Assembly (NCBI GenBank): GCA_963675245.1
Contig: OY775910.1
Location: 480,001-544,000 of the forward strand
Source: Acholeplasmataceae bacterium
GTDB taxonomy: Bacteria; Bacillota_I; Bacilli_A; Acholeplasmatales; Acholeplasmataceae
Direction of reading: 5' to 3'
Length of the DNA: 64,000 nucleotides
Shown one piece after another: positions 20,163-30,712 of the stretch (the stretch's first letter is position 1; each line of letters begins with the position of its first letter). The notes below the pieces were generated by a model. The model had not been told where the DNA came from, did not search any database, and saw only the letters and a list, made by a program, of their open reading frames with translations. A program made the translations under genes and the position numbers.

Positions 20163-21038
20163 ATGATAAAAAAAATATTAGTAACAGCATTTGCATTTCT
20201 GGTGTCACTATTGTTAGTTGCTTGTGATCATTTAGCCACAAACCCTAATGATTTTACGAATTGGCTGGATTCAAATGACGCTACAGATTTAAATAATGAT
20301 GACGTCATTGATGAAACAGATTATTCATTATTCCTTCTTTTGAATGATTACACCCTGTGGTTAAATTCAGATGATGCTGCGGATTTTAATGACGACCGTG
20401 TGATTAATGAAGATGATTATGTGTTGTATCGTCTACAAAACAGCTATACTTATTGGTTATCGTCAAGTGAAGCTGCTGATTTAAACAATGATGACATCAT
20501 TGATGAAGACGATTATGATTTATATCTATATCCCACCATCAGTGACTATAGCATGTGGCGCGATACATTAGACGCGATGGATCTCAATGATGACCAAGTC
20601 GTTGATGAAGACGATTATGCAATCTATTTAACATATCTTGAATTCGCTGGTGATTATGAGATTACAAATTTCTCATATACTGGATTAGCAAATGATTATA
20701 TTGGCGATTATATCTTTTTAGTTGATTTTGAAGACTATCTATCTGATATCACAATTACTGTAGATCATGCAGGTCAAGTTTCCACCACATTATCAAATGC
20801 ACTTATAGATAAACTGGATTATACCTATAGTATTATCTTAGAGGCTTTATCCAATATGACTATTACCAAGTTGTCAGCAAGTTTAGTTGCGATTGATACT
20901 GCTACTACCATTGATAGTTTAACCGTTAATTTCTCACTCTATTTAACACCGATTGAGGGTGGCTTTTCAACTTCTTATACCATCAGTGCCTATGAAACAA
21001 ATCCCGTAATGACATTCAATTTAATGAAGGTATCGTAA
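20163..21038 (+). CDS. Acidic lipoprotein with four dockerin/EF-hand-like Ca-binding repeats
   Basis: Lipobox LVAC; four ~32-aa repeats W-x6-D(L/F)N(N/D)D-x2-(I/V)(D/N)ExDY. Confidence 0.75.
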   Translation: MIKKILVTAFAFLVSLLLVACDHLATNPNDFTNWLDSNDATDLNNDDVIDETDYSLFLLLNDYTLWLNSDDAADFNDDRVINEDDYVLYRLQNSYTYWLSSSEAADLNNDDIIDEDDYDLYLYPTISDYSMWRDTLDAMDLNDDQVVDEDDYAIYLTYLEFAGDYEITNFSYTGLANDYIGDYIFLVDFEDYLSDITITVDHAGQVSTTLSNALIDKLDYTYSIILEALSNMTITKLSASLVAIDTATTIDSLTVNFSLYLTPIEGGFSTSYTISAYETNPVMTFNLMKVS

Positions 21039-21628
21039 TGAGCGTTAAACCAATTGAAACGAATATCAATATTTTGTGGGTTAAAACGATACTTTATGCA
21101 TTCATTTTGGTTTTAGTGATTGTAAGTGTCATCTTAATACCTAAAGTGATATTTAAACGTGATGCTGCTACAACCTACGCGATATCTTTGGCAAGCACTG
21201 ATGACGTTAATCTTCTTCTTTACGATTATGATGTTTATGCCACTACGACACGTTTTAACGAAGGATTGATTGCAGCTGTAGACATTGTAAAACAAGCATT
21301 TGATGAGAGAAATGAAGTCTTAGCAATTAAAGTTTATGGTGAAACAAAAACCATTGAGCGACGAAATGATTATATTTATATCACAGATCCAAACACATTA
21401 ATGTTAAATATAGAATATTATCTGGTAAAAGATGTTGCGCTAAATGATATCACCATTCCAGCTAGAACATTCATTATGTTATTTGATGATATTGCACCTA
21501 TTATAAATGGCATTTACATTGGATTATATACAATCGTCTTCATAAGTATTTTTACACCTTTTACGATTAAAGTAACGAGACAATCATTATATCTATATAA
21601 CTATTATCAAACAGAAAAAAGCGAATAA
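21038..21628 (+). CDS. Hypothetical membrane protein (2 predicted TM segments)
   Basis: Hydrophobic stretches near both ends; TAATG overlap with the upstream gene. Confidence 0.65.
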   Translation: MSVKPIETNINILWVKTILYAFILVLVIVSVILIPKVIFKRDAATTYAISLASTDDVNLLLYDYDVYATTTRFNEGLIAAVDIVKQAFDERNEVLAIKVYGETKTIERRNDYIYITDPNTLMLNIEYYLVKDVALNDITIPARTFIMLFDDIAPIINGIYIGLYTIVFISIFTPFTIKVTRQSLYLYNYYQTEKSE

Positions 21629-21686
21629 TCGCTTTTTTTATTAAAAGAAAAAGGAAAAATGCCACTGCTGAGCAATGGCATTTTAT
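21615..21686. terminator. Pair of intrinsic terminators between convergent operons
   Basis: AAAAAAGCGA-ataa-TCGCTTTTTT and AAAATGCCA-ctgctgagcaa-TGGCATTTT. Confidence 0.7.
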
Positions 21687-21709
21687 GTTTTTTTACTAGT
21701 TTATCTCAA

Positions 21710-22912
21710 TTATTTGTATAGATCGAAATCAATATTTGAGAATGTTGATGTAGTTTCATCTTTATAACCTGTAGCGAAAATGAGGTCATAAGTTGCTTGT
21801 GGTGTGCTAGCAAGTAATACGTCGATTGGTGAGTATGCTGTATCAGCACCATCAATTGAAGGACCACTTGATAAACCTTCTAGACCGTCAACGCCATCAA
21901 CGATATTCTTAGCGATTGCTACTGAGTCAGCACATAATTTAGATGTGTCTTTGAAGACTGTCATTGTTTGTGTGCCTTTACCATTAACTTCATCACCCAT
22001 TAAGCTTGCTAATGCAACGTCAGAAGCATCTTGACCTGTTGTCCAATATGCTGAATAAGGTGTTGTCATCAATGCAAATTGTTGACGAATAGCAGCTGAT
22101 GTATCATCATTTGGAGCAAGTACGAATACATCATCAGATGGATCAGTAATGTTTGTTTCTGCCCAAGTAACTAAAGCAGCAGCTTTTTCTTCAGCAGTTT
22201 GTGCATTCCAGTCAGTGTCTATTGGAAGCATTGCAGCTTGAAGAGCAGTTTTAGCAGCTTCGTTAAATGTCGCTTCAGTATAAAGTGCTAAACCTTCAAA
22301 TGGTGCTGGGTTTTGGTTAATAATACGGAACATATCTAAGTGTGGTTGAATTTCTTCCATTGCACCACCAAAGAAATATGTAGCGTTTGGCCAGTCAGCA
22401 ACACGACCAGCAAATAATGCTAAGTCAGCTTTATTAGTTGATGAATAACCTTCAGCGATTGCCATGTCAACTAAGTGTTTACCCATAGCTTTACCAACAT
22501 TCCAACTGTTGAATGTTGTATAGTAGTCAGCGTGAATATCTGCATCTTTCTTAGCCATACGGTCATGAGCGATTAGAATAACACCTTCATCGTTACATAA
22601 TTGTGCTACACCAGCACCTGAACCTTCTGCAGTTAAGATAATAACTTCAGCGCCTCTAGCGATAAGTGCTTCAGCATTAGCAACTTCTTTAGATTCGTCG
22701 CCTTCTGAGAATAGAATATCATATTCATATCCTGCACCTAATGCATCAAGTTCTTCTTCAAAGAAACGACCATCTTGGTTAGCCCAACGTTCTTCAGAAG
22801 CATCTGGTAAAATGACACCAATCTTAATGCTGTTTCCTGAACAGCTTGCCAGCGTAATTGATAACGCTGCAAATGCAACTAGCAATAAAACAGATAAAAC
22901 TCTTTTTTTCAT
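21710..22912 (-). CDS. Sugar (xylose) ABC transporter substrate-binding lipoprotein, XylF/ChvE-like
   Basis: Lipobox LASC; IGVILP..ERW..DG, IAHDR, LAPND, TGQDA, QTMTVFKDT. Confidence 0.85.
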   Translation of the reverse strand: MKKRVLSVLLLVAFAALSITLASCSGNSIKIGVILPDASEERWANQDGRFFEEELDALGAGYEYDILFSEGDESKEVANAEALIARGAEVIILTAEGSGAGVAQLCNDEGVILIAHDRMAKKDADIHADYYTTFNSWNVGKAMGKHLVDMAIAEGYSSTNKADLALFAGRVADWPNATYFFGGAMEEIQPHLDMFRIINQNPAPFEGLALYTEATFNEAAKTALQAAMLPIDTDWNAQTAEEKAAALVTWAETNITDPSDDVFVLAPNDDTSAAIRQQFALMTTPYSAYWTTGQDASDVALASLMGDEVNGKGTQTMTVFKDTSKLCADSVAIAKNIVDGVDGLEGLSSGPSIDGADTAYSPIDVLLASTPQATYDLIFATGYKDETTSTFSNIDFDLYK

Positions 22913-22967
22913 TTTTAACTCCCTCTCTTTCTATGTGATAAAGGTACAATTATACCTGAATCCCTAA

Positions 22968-25025
22968 TTAAACAAAATCTTCTTCTTTAGAACCACGAAT
23001 CATATCTTTAATACGTTTGAGTTGTCCTTCTGCATTCATATGACGATATTCGTAATCAATAAGGTTTTCTGCAGCTTCTTTTTTAGCAGCACGTAATTCT
23101 TTACGTGTCTGTTTAAACGCCATCCTAGCTTCAATTAGTCGATCCTTATTATCAACTTTCGCCATATAGACGCCAACCATGTCAACCGTTCTGACATTTC
23201 TAGTGTAAATATCAAAGACAACAGCTAGTAATAATACACTACCTAATACAACAGGTTCAATATTTGAATCGAATCCTGCTAACGCCATACCATTCTTCAA
23301 ACTCATGATAACTACTGCACCAACTACTGAGTTAACTATCTTACCAGATCCACCTTCAGCGGATGTACCACCAATGAAGGCAGCAGCAATCGCGTATAAT
23401 TCCCAGAATGGTCCATGGTTTGGTGAAGTGTTTTGTGTTCTTGTGACATACATAACCCCTGAAATCATCGCTAATATACCCATGCTAACCATAACGAAAA
23501 TAATGATTTTCGCAACGCTTATACCAGATAATTCAGCCGCTTCAGGATTACCACCAACAGCGAACACACGTCTACCAATAACTGTTTGTGTTGTCAAGAA
23601 TACATAAACGATAACGACAACGATTGTGATTAATAGTAGATATGAAATACCACGGAATGCTGCTAGCGTATATGTTAACCAAACGATAATACCTGACATA
23701 ACAAGAAGTTTTGTCATGAAGATTGGTATACCTTCAAGTCTTAAACCTAATTTTTGTTTCTTTTGTCTTCCTCTTATAAAGCTATAGATAACTGCGATTA
23801 ATAAGATCATACCAACTTCAACAGTTAATAAGTTGAAGTTACCAAGTGCGATTTGTTGACCAAGCCATCCAGTGATTAATGAGAATCCCAGCACAAAGGC
23901 GACCACAACAAGACTGCCAACCACTTTAGTAATAAAAATAATCACGTTTAATACTTTATCAATAAAGTTACTCTCAGTGTCACCTTTTGGCTTGTTAATT
24001 TCAATAACAAGACCAGGAATAATAATTGCGTAAGCTAACACAATACCAATTTTCTTTAATACGACGCTAACAAATGAATCGATTTGATCATTTTGTTTTG
24101 CATATACTTTATGAAGTGCATATAAGAGACCAACAATCACAAGTATTTCAAAGATTAAACCATAGATACCTATATTAGCTACGTTCATTGGATGAATAAC
24201 CACATACGCAAGTATTAATGTAACAATACCGACCATTGCTGTAATAACAACTGATCTAAATAAGAATATTAGAATTGCTTTATAATGTTTGAACCATTTA
24301 AGTAAAATGACATATAACACACTCTTTACGATAACTTTAACAACATCTTTAACAATGGTCCACCAAGAGACAGATTCCTTCACTTCTATTTTTTGTTTAT
24401 CATCCGTCACTGGTGCTCTTTTTTTGCCATATTTGAAAATCAAATATAAAGCAGCAATTGCGCCAAATATAATCATAGTAGCATCAAACGGTCCCCAAGA
24501 GGTTGAGGTTAAGTATTCAATACCAATGCGATTAAAAAATGTATTAGCTGTTGGTATCGTTCTCGTGTTTGTTTCTAACATGAGTAATCCTTTGAAGATA
24601 AACATCCCTGCGAGGGTAACAACAAATGCGGGTACATGAAGTTTCGCTACAGCAAATCCTTTAATAATACCAACGAAAATAGCGATAACCAGTGCACCCA
24701 GTAACGCTACACCAATGGATTGACCGTTAACTTCAACTGATACCACCACATATGCTCCCATGAATGCCCCTAAATACCCAACGGAGAGGTCAATCATCCT
24801 CGTAACAATAACGAGTGTCATCCCAACCGCTAGAACTGCAACATATGCTGTTTGATCTAATAGATTACTAAAGTTTCTTGGTTGTAAGAATAAACCACCT
24901 GTCATTATTGAGAAGGCAATCGCGATTACGATGAACGCGATGTACATCCCATAATCTCTAATATTTGATCGAATCATCGACCATACTGTAAGGAAATACT
25001 TTTTAATAGGGTGTATTTGTTTCAT
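22968..25025 (-). CDS. Sugar ABC transporter permease, XylH/GguB-like, unusually long
   Basis: IDLSVG, VPAFVVTLAG, GRRVFAVGGNPEAAELSGI, ELYAIAAAFIGG; 685 aa. Confidence 0.88.
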   Translation of the reverse strand: MKQIHPIKKYFLTVWSMIRSNIRDYGMYIAFIVIAIAFSIMTGGLFLQPRNFSNLLDQTAYVAVLAVGMTLVIVTRMIDLSVGYLGAFMGAYVVVSVEVNGQSIGVALLGALVIAIFVGIIKGFAVAKLHVPAFVVTLAGMFIFKGLLMLETNTRTIPTANTFFNRIGIEYLTSTSWGPFDATMIIFGAIAALYLIFKYGKKRAPVTDDKQKIEVKESVSWWTIVKDVVKVIVKSVLYVILLKWFKHYKAILIFLFRSVVITAMVGIVTLILAYVVIHPMNVANIGIYGLIFEILVIVGLLYALHKVYAKQNDQIDSFVSVVLKKIGIVLAYAIIIPGLVIEINKPKGDTESNFIDKVLNVIIFITKVVGSLVVVAFVLGFSLITGWLGQQIALGNFNLLTVEVGMILLIAVIYSFIRGRQKKQKLGLRLEGIPIFMTKLLVMSGIIVWLTYTLAAFRGISYLLLITIVVVIVYVFLTTQTVIGRRVFAVGGNPEAAELSGISVAKIIIFVMVSMGILAMISGVMYVTRTQNTSPNHGPFWELYAIAAAFIGGTSAEGGSGKIVNSVVGAVVIMSLKNGMALAGFDSNIEPVVLGSVLLLAVVFDIYTRNVRTVDMVGVYMAKVDNKDRLIEARMAFKQTRKELRAAKKEAAENLIDYEYRHMNAEGQLKRIKDMIRGSKEEDFV

Positions 25026-25028
25026 TGT

Positions 25029-26549
25029 CTATACCGTCGCTTTCTCCATAATTTTCTCAGGGGTTGCTTCTGAAATATCAAATTCTGCTGTTTGGACACC
25101 TTCTGCAATGACATATATACGATCACACATGCCAAGTACTTCAGGTAGTTCCGAAGAAATCATCACAATACTCATCCCTTTAGCAATGAGTTCATTAATG
25201 ATGGTATACATTTCGAACTTAGCACCAACATCGATTCCTCTTGTCGGTTCATCTAAGAACAAGATTTCCGGTTCTGCACAAAGCCATTTACCCACCTGAA
25301 CTTTTTGTTGGTTCCCACCACTTAGATTTTTAACGGTTTGAAATATTGATGGTGTTCTAATCCCTAACTCATCAACATATTTATTTGTTAATTTATCCAT
25401 TTCTGAAAATTTGATAACACCTGTTCTTGATATTCTATTGAGTGCGGCTAATGTAACGTTTTGGCTGATGGTTTCTTTTAAGATTAAACCATTTCCTTTT
25501 CTATCTTCAGACACATAAGCAATCCCATTTTTGATGGCTTTACTTGGTGTATTGAATTTTACTGGTTTACCAAACGCTACAATATTACCTGATAATTTAT
25601 ATTTAGGTGTATTACCAAAAATAGATAATGCGAGTTCAGTTCGGCCAGCACCCATTAGTCCAGAAATACCAACGACTTCACCGCGTCTTACTTTAATGTT
25701 GATATCTGTTAAGATATTTCTACTCTTTTCAGGATCAAATGCTGTCCAGTGAATCGTTTCAAACACCACATCTTGAGGCACATATTTTGGTCGTTTTGGG
25801 AAAATATCCTCAATTTCACGACCGACCATATGACGAATGATTTCTGCTTCATTAATATCCGCTTTTTCCATTCGTTTCACTGTCTTACCATCTCTCAAGA
25901 TGGTTAAGGAATCTGCAGCGACTTCAACCTCTTTCAATTTGTGAGAAATCATAATAGATGTAATACCATCCTTCTTAAGTCCCTTGAGTAGGTTTAGGAG
26001 GTTTTCACTATCATCTTCGTTTAACGCGGATGTTGGTTCATCTAGAATGAGTAATTTAACATTATGTGCTAATGCTTTAGCGATTTCAATGAGTTGTTGT
26101 TTACCAACTGATAATTTACCAACAATTTCATGAATGTCAATTTCCAATCCCACCATGTCTAAATACTTTTTAGCCAAAGCTTGGGTTTCATTCCAATCCA
26201 TCAACATTTGACCACGTCGTTTTTCATTTCCCACAAAAATATTTTCATAAATAGATAAGTTAGGGAATAGTGCGAGTTCCTGGTTAATAATGACAATACC
26301 ACAACCTGTTGAGTCTTTTGTCCCATGAAAATGTCTAATCTCATGATCGAAAATAATGTCGCCATTAAAAGACCCTGAAGGATGGATACCTGATAATACT
26401 TTAACGAGTGTCGATTTACCTGCACCGTTTTCACCAACGATGAAATGAATTTCATTTTCACGAACATTCAAATTTACATCATCAAGTGCTACAACACCAG
26501 GGAATGTTTTTGTTATACCTTGCATAACGAGTAAGTCTTTTTGTTCCAT
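25029..26549 (-). CDS. Sugar ABC transporter ATP-binding protein, XylG/GguA-like (two ABC domains)
   Basis: GENGAGKST, LDEPT, LSGGNQQKV, DEPTRGIDVGAK. Confidence 0.95.
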   Translation of the reverse strand: MEQKDLLVMQGITKTFPGVVALDDVNLNVRENEIHFIVGENGAGKSTLVKVLSGIHPSGSFNGDIIFDHEIRHFHGTKDSTGCGIVIINQELALFPNLSIYENIFVGNEKRRGQMLMDWNETQALAKKYLDMVGLEIDIHEIVGKLSVGKQQLIEIAKALAHNVKLLILDEPTSALNEDDSENLLNLLKGLKKDGITSIMISHKLKEVEVAADSLTILRDGKTVKRMEKADINEAEIIRHMVGREIEDIFPKRPKYVPQDVVFETIHWTAFDPEKSRNILTDINIKVRRGEVVGISGLMGAGRTELALSIFGNTPKYKLSGNIVAFGKPVKFNTPSKAIKNGIAYVSEDRKGNGLILKETISQNVTLAALNRISRTGVIKFSEMDKLTNKYVDELGIRTPSIFQTVKNLSGGNQQKVQVGKWLCAEPEILFLDEPTRGIDVGAKFEMYTIINELIAKGMSIVMISSELPEVLGMCDRIYVIAEGVQTAEFDISEATPEKIMEKATV

Positions 26550-26567
26550 AGTTTGCCTTTCTCGTAA

Positions 26568-28028
26568 CTAGAATAGTGATTTAACAGTTGGATAAATTTT
26601 TACGAACTGTTTATATTTTTCTTGATATAATGCCACTTGATCCAATTGAGGTTCAAATACTTTTTCGATTTTAATCATTTGTTGACAAGCTTCTTCTACG
26701 TTTTGATAAACGCCTGATCCTACCATCGCTAAGATCGCAGCACCATAAGCTGGTCCTTCGTTTGAGGTGGTTCTAACCACTCTTGCATCCATGATGTCTG
26801 AAACAATCTGACACCATATATCATTTTGTGCACCGCCACCTGTTATTTTTATTTCTTTTATGTTGATTCCTAAGTCTTTAATCAGGCACATAGAATCATT
26901 TAAAGCAAATGTGACACCTTCAATTAAAGCTCTCCCCATATCAAATATGGTATGTTTTGCCGATAGACCCAAAAAGACGCCCTTAGCATTAGGATCGTTG
27001 ATTGGTGCTCTTTCTCCCATTAAATATGGTAGGAAAAATAAGTGTTCTTTGGGATCGGCATTTTCGATACCATTATACATCTCTTTAAATGAAATGTCTT
27101 TTATTATTTTTCTAAACCAACTCACTGATCCAGCTGCACTAAGCATAACAGCCATCAAATGATACTTACCGTTTGCGTGAGCATAACTCTGTAAATGACT
27201 CTTATAATCTGGGAAAAATTTGTTTGATGAGACAAAGATAACACCGGATGTGCCAAGTGAAATACTCACATCACCATCATTAACAACACCAAGCCCTATA
27301 GCACCTGCTGCTTGGTCACCTGCACCAGCAATAACATTCACATGTTGCGTGATTTTTAAATAACCTTTAACTGATTCCGTTAAATCACCTACAACATCAC
27401 TGCTTTCAACAATCGTTGGGAAACATGATAAATCTAATCCCGTAAGTGAAATAATATCTTTTGCATATTGTCTGTGATTAACGTCATACCATAACGTACC
27501 TGATGCGTCACTGACTTCTGAAACAAACTTTCCTGTTAACTTGTACACTAAATAATCTTTAGGTAACATGATTTTTGCAATCCGTTTAAAATGTTCAGGT
27601 TCATGTTTTTTAACCCATAACAATTTAGGTAATGTTAATCCAGTAACAGCGATATTTCCAGTTGACTTCATTAGCTGATCAATACCAAATTCATTATTTA
27701 GAAAATCAACTTCTTCTACAGTTCGTTGATCATTCCATAAAATAGCTGGTCTAATAATGTCATCATTTTCATCTAGTAAGGTCAATCCATGCATCTGTCC
27801 AGAAAAACTAATCCCTTTAATCACTGGTTCATTTCCTTGAATGATTTCTTTAAGTGCTGAAAATGTTTGATGATACCATTGATGAGGATCCTGTTCACTC
27901 CAGGAAGCTTTTTCCATGTTGACATCGAAACTTCTACTGACTGTATTTAGTATGTTGCCTAAGTGATCCACAAGGATTAACTTGACGCTTGATGTGCCTA
28001 GATCGATACCAACGAACATGTATTTCAC
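26568..28028 (-). CDS. xylB: Xylulokinase
   Basis: GIDLGTSSVK, SGQMHG, ILWNDQRT, GDQAAGA, FLPYLMGER; adjacent to xylA. Confidence 0.95.
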   Translation of the reverse strand: MKYMFVGIDLGTSSVKLILVDHLGNILNTVSRSFDVNMEKASWSEQDPHQWYHQTFSALKEIIQGNEPVIKGISFSGQMHGLTLLDENDDIIRPAILWNDQRTVEEVDFLNNEFGIDQLMKSTGNIAVTGLTLPKLLWVKKHEPEHFKRIAKIMLPKDYLVYKLTGKFVSEVSDASGTLWYDVNHRQYAKDIISLTGLDLSCFPTIVESSDVVGDLTESVKGYLKITQHVNVIAGAGDQAAGAIGLGVVNDGDVSISLGTSGVIFVSSNKFFPDYKSHLQSYAHANGKYHLMAVMLSAAGSVSWFRKIIKDISFKEMYNGIENADPKEHLFFLPYLMGERAPINDPNAKGVFLGLSAKHTIFDMGRALIEGVTFALNDSMCLIKDLGINIKEIKITGGGAQNDIWCQIVSDIMDARVVRTTSNEGPAYGAAILAMVGSGVYQNVEEACQQMIKIEKVFEPQLDQVALYQEKYKQFVKIYPTVKSLF

Positions 28029-29342
28029 CTACCCTAGTAAATACTGATTTATAATTGACTCCAATAATTCTTGACGACCAGATTCATTCGGTTCCAAATC
28101 GCCTTTTTCTAAGACATATTTTTCAAGTTTCTTGAAGTCGACTTTACCTTCTTCAATCGCTTTACCAATGCCATCATTGTATGATGCATAACGTTGATCT
28201 ATCAATTTTTCTAATACTTTATCTTCCCAAAGCTTCGCTGCAATTTTTAAACCTGCTGCGAATGCGTCCATACCAGCGATATGTGACAAGACTAAGTCAT
28301 CTAATTCGAATGAAGCTCTTCTTGGTTTTGCATCAAAGTTTAAACCACCAGAAGATAGACCACCACCACGAATAATTTCATACATCGCCATCGTCGTATC
28401 ATAAATGTTTGTAGGAAATTGATCGGTATCCCAACCAAGTAACATATCTCCTTGATTGGCATCAACACTACCTAACATACCCGCATCAACTGCTAGTCTT
28501 AGTTCATGTTGCATCGTATGTCCTGCAAGTGTTGCATGATTCGCTTCAATGTTTAACTTAAAGTGTTTATCTAATCCGTGTTGTCTTAAAAATGATAAGA
28601 CGGTTGCACTGTCATAATCATATTGATGTTTTGTTGGTTCTTTTGGTTTAGGTTCAATATATAACTGACCCTTAAATCCGATTTCTTTTTTATAGTCTAC
28701 TGCTAACCATAACAATTTAGCAAAATGTGCTTGTTCGCGTTTCATATCTGTATTTAATAATGTTTCATAACCTTCTCGACCACCCCAGAATGTATAACCA
28801 CTACCATTCAAACGGTGAGTAAGTTCCATGGCTTTTTTAATTTGAGCAGCCGTAAATGCGAAGACATCAGCGTTAGGAGATGTGCTTGCACCATTAACGA
28901 AACGTGCATTAGAGAATGTGTTTGCAGTTCCCCATAATAGTTTAATACCCGTTTCTTTCATCTTCTTTTCGATTTTGTCAGCAACAACATCTAATCGTCT
29001 GTTTGTTTCAGCTAAAGAGTCCGCTTCTGGTGCGATGTCACGGTCATGAAAACAAAAATATTCAATGCCTAACTTTTGCATAAACTCAAATGCTGCGTCG
29101 ACTCTATTTAAAGCTTGATCCATTGGATCTACATCTTTATTCCAAGGTCTATCAAAGAAAGGATCACCAAACATGTCTATCCCTAACCATTTGAATGTAT
29201 GCCAATAAGCGACTGAAAATTTCAAGTGATCCTTCATTGGTTTACCTAAAACGATAGCGTCTTTATCATAAAACTTAAACGCGAAAGGGTTCTTACTGTT
29301 TTTTCCTTCATACTTAATTTCTTTAATTTGATCAAAATACAT
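28029..29342 (-). CDS. xylA: Xylose isomerase (class II)
   Basis: [49 protein letters not shown]. Confidence 0.98.
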   Translation of the reverse strand: MYFDQIKEIKYEGKNSKNPFAFKFYDKDAIVLGKPMKDHLKFSVAYWHTFKWLGIDMFGDPFFDRPWNKDVDPMDQALNRVDAAFEFMQKLGIEYFCFHDRDIAPEADSLAETNRRLDVVADKIEKKMKETGIKLLWGTANTFSNARFVNGASTSPNADVFAFTAAQIKKAMELTHRLNGSGYTFWGGREGYETLLNTDMKREQAHFAKLLWLAVDYKKEIGFKGQLYIEPKPKEPTKHQYDYDSATVLSFLRQHGLDKHFKLNIEANHATLAGHTMQHELRLAVDAGMLGSVDANQGDMLLGWDTDQFPTNIYDTTMAMYEIIRGGGLSSGGLNFDAKPRRASFELDDLVLSHIAGMDAFAAGLKIAAKLWEDKVLEKLIDQRYASYNDGIGKAIEEGKVDFKKLEKYVLEKGDLEPNESGRQELLESIINQYLLG

Positions 29343-29387
29343 GGTTAATGCTCCTTTTTAAAAAATTTTAATGTTTGAGATTTATGC

Positions 29388-29419
29388 ACATTGTTTAATC
29401 ATAAAACTTTATGTATAAT
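29388..29419 (+). promoter_or_regulatory. xylR promoter overlapped by a XylR-operator-like site
   Basis: TTGTTT(29391-29396)-N17-TATAAT(29414-29419); ACATTGTTT-N7-AAACTTTAT at 29388-29412. Confidence 0.6.
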
Positions 29420-29442
29420 GAGAGAAAGCGAGGTAATCACTT

Positions 29443-30603
29443 ATGAAAACGGGTAATGCTCAATCGATCAAATTAATCAATACACGTCTTGTGCTTGAAC
29501 AACTCATCGAACATCATGAGACAACACGCATTGAAATTGCACGTCGTACAACACTTAATAAAGCAACTGTTTCTTCAATTGTTGCCGAACTCGTCGACAG
29601 ACAATTCGTCTTAGAAACATCTAAGATTATTAAGACGGCTGGTCGAAGTGCCAACATTCTCGCTTTAAATAAAAATGCAGGTCGAATCTTCTCTTTAGAA
29701 TTACTTCCTAGAAGCATATATGCGATTATCACAAACCTTTATGGGAAAATCGTTTATGAAACGACGAGGCCAGTGGATAATCCAGAATTTAGTGCATATA
29801 TTAACGTCGTTTTCGACGTCATCGATGAATTGAAAGGTCAGACATTTGATTCTGTCTATGGTGTCATCGGTATTGGTGTCGGTGTTTATGGCATCTTATC
29901 CAAAGATAAGAAAATTAAATTTTCAACATTTAACTCATGGCGAGACATTGAACTTAAATCCATTATCGAAAACCATACTGGTATCGATACGTATATTGAA
30001 AATGAAGCGAATATCTCTGCATTAGGTGAACGAATCGTTTATCCTAATTTTGATAACATCGTGTCTTTAAATATTGGCGCCGGTGTCGGTACAGGTATTA
30101 TCATTAACAATAAATTATATACAGGCAATGATGGATACGCTGGTGAATTTGGTCATACGATTGTTGTTCCTAATGGAAAGCATTGCATCTGCGGTAACTA
30201 TGGCTGCTTAGAACGTTATATTGCTGATGATGCTGTCATTGAACGTTATTTTGAACTTGCCAATGAAACAGTGACCTTAAAGACATTAATTGATAAATTC
30301 AAACAAGGTAATCCTTATGCCATTCAAGTATATGATGAATTTATTAACTATTTGTCAATCGCTGTTAATAATCTAGCCCAAACTTTAAACCCTAAAGCAC
30401 TTGTGATCAACAGTCTCATTGTAGAAATGATTCCAGAAAGTATTCAACTCATTAAGGGAAATCTTCATTCAAAAATATTGAACCTAGATTTACTCACAAC
30501 ATCTACTTTCAAGTCAAAACGGAATGTTTTAGGATTAACACATCTACTCATTCAGCATTTTTACGATATCGTTAATTACTCTCCTAAACTCGCAAAAAAA
30601 TAA
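29443..30603 (+). CDS. xylR: ROK-family xylose repressor
   Basis: N-terminal HTH (TTRIEIARRTTLNKATVSSIV), ENEANISALGE, GEFGH, CICGNYGCLE; divergent from xylA. Confidence 0.9.
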   Translation: MKTGNAQSIKLINTRLVLEQLIEHHETTRIEIARRTTLNKATVSSIVAELVDRQFVLETSKIIKTAGRSANILALNKNAGRIFSLELLPRSIYAIITNLYGKIVYETTRPVDNPEFSAYINVVFDVIDELKGQTFDSVYGVIGIGVGVYGILSKDKKIKFSTFNSWRDIELKSIIENHTGIDTYIENEANISALGERIVYPNFDNIVSLNIGAGVGTGIIINNKLYTGNDGYAGEFGHTIVVPNGKHCICGNYGCLERYIADDAVIERYFELANETVTLKTLIDKFKQGNPYAIQVYDEFINYLSIAVNNLAQTLNPKALVINSLIVEMIPESIQLIKGNLHSKILNLDLLTTSTFKSKRNVLGLTHLLIQHFYDIVNYSPKLAKK

Positions 30604-30636
30604 CAAGTCTTTAATTAACGATACCGTTTTAATTTA

Positions 30637-30684
30637 AGTTAGCGCTTTCAAAGTTAGTTTAACACTTATACTATGTTTTGTCAA
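30637..30684 (-). promoter_or_regulatory. Minus-strand sigma-A promoter with XylR-operator-like palindrome and cre site, downstream of xylR and pointing towards xylA
   Basis: TTGACA(30684-30679)-N17-TAAACT(30661-30656) with extended TG; AGTTAGTTT-N7-ATACTATGT (30652-30676); TGAAAGCGCTAACT (30650-30637) fits cre TGWAARCGYTWNCW. Confidence 0.7.
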
Positions 30685-30712
30685 TGTTTTTTTGTTGATA
30701 TTTTTTTTCATA

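Noticed and set aside
20250..20643. Roughly 96-nt periodic repeats as a possible CRISPR array
   Set aside because: Repeats are degenerate in DNA, conserved in protein, in frame within a lipoprotein, and no cas genes are present
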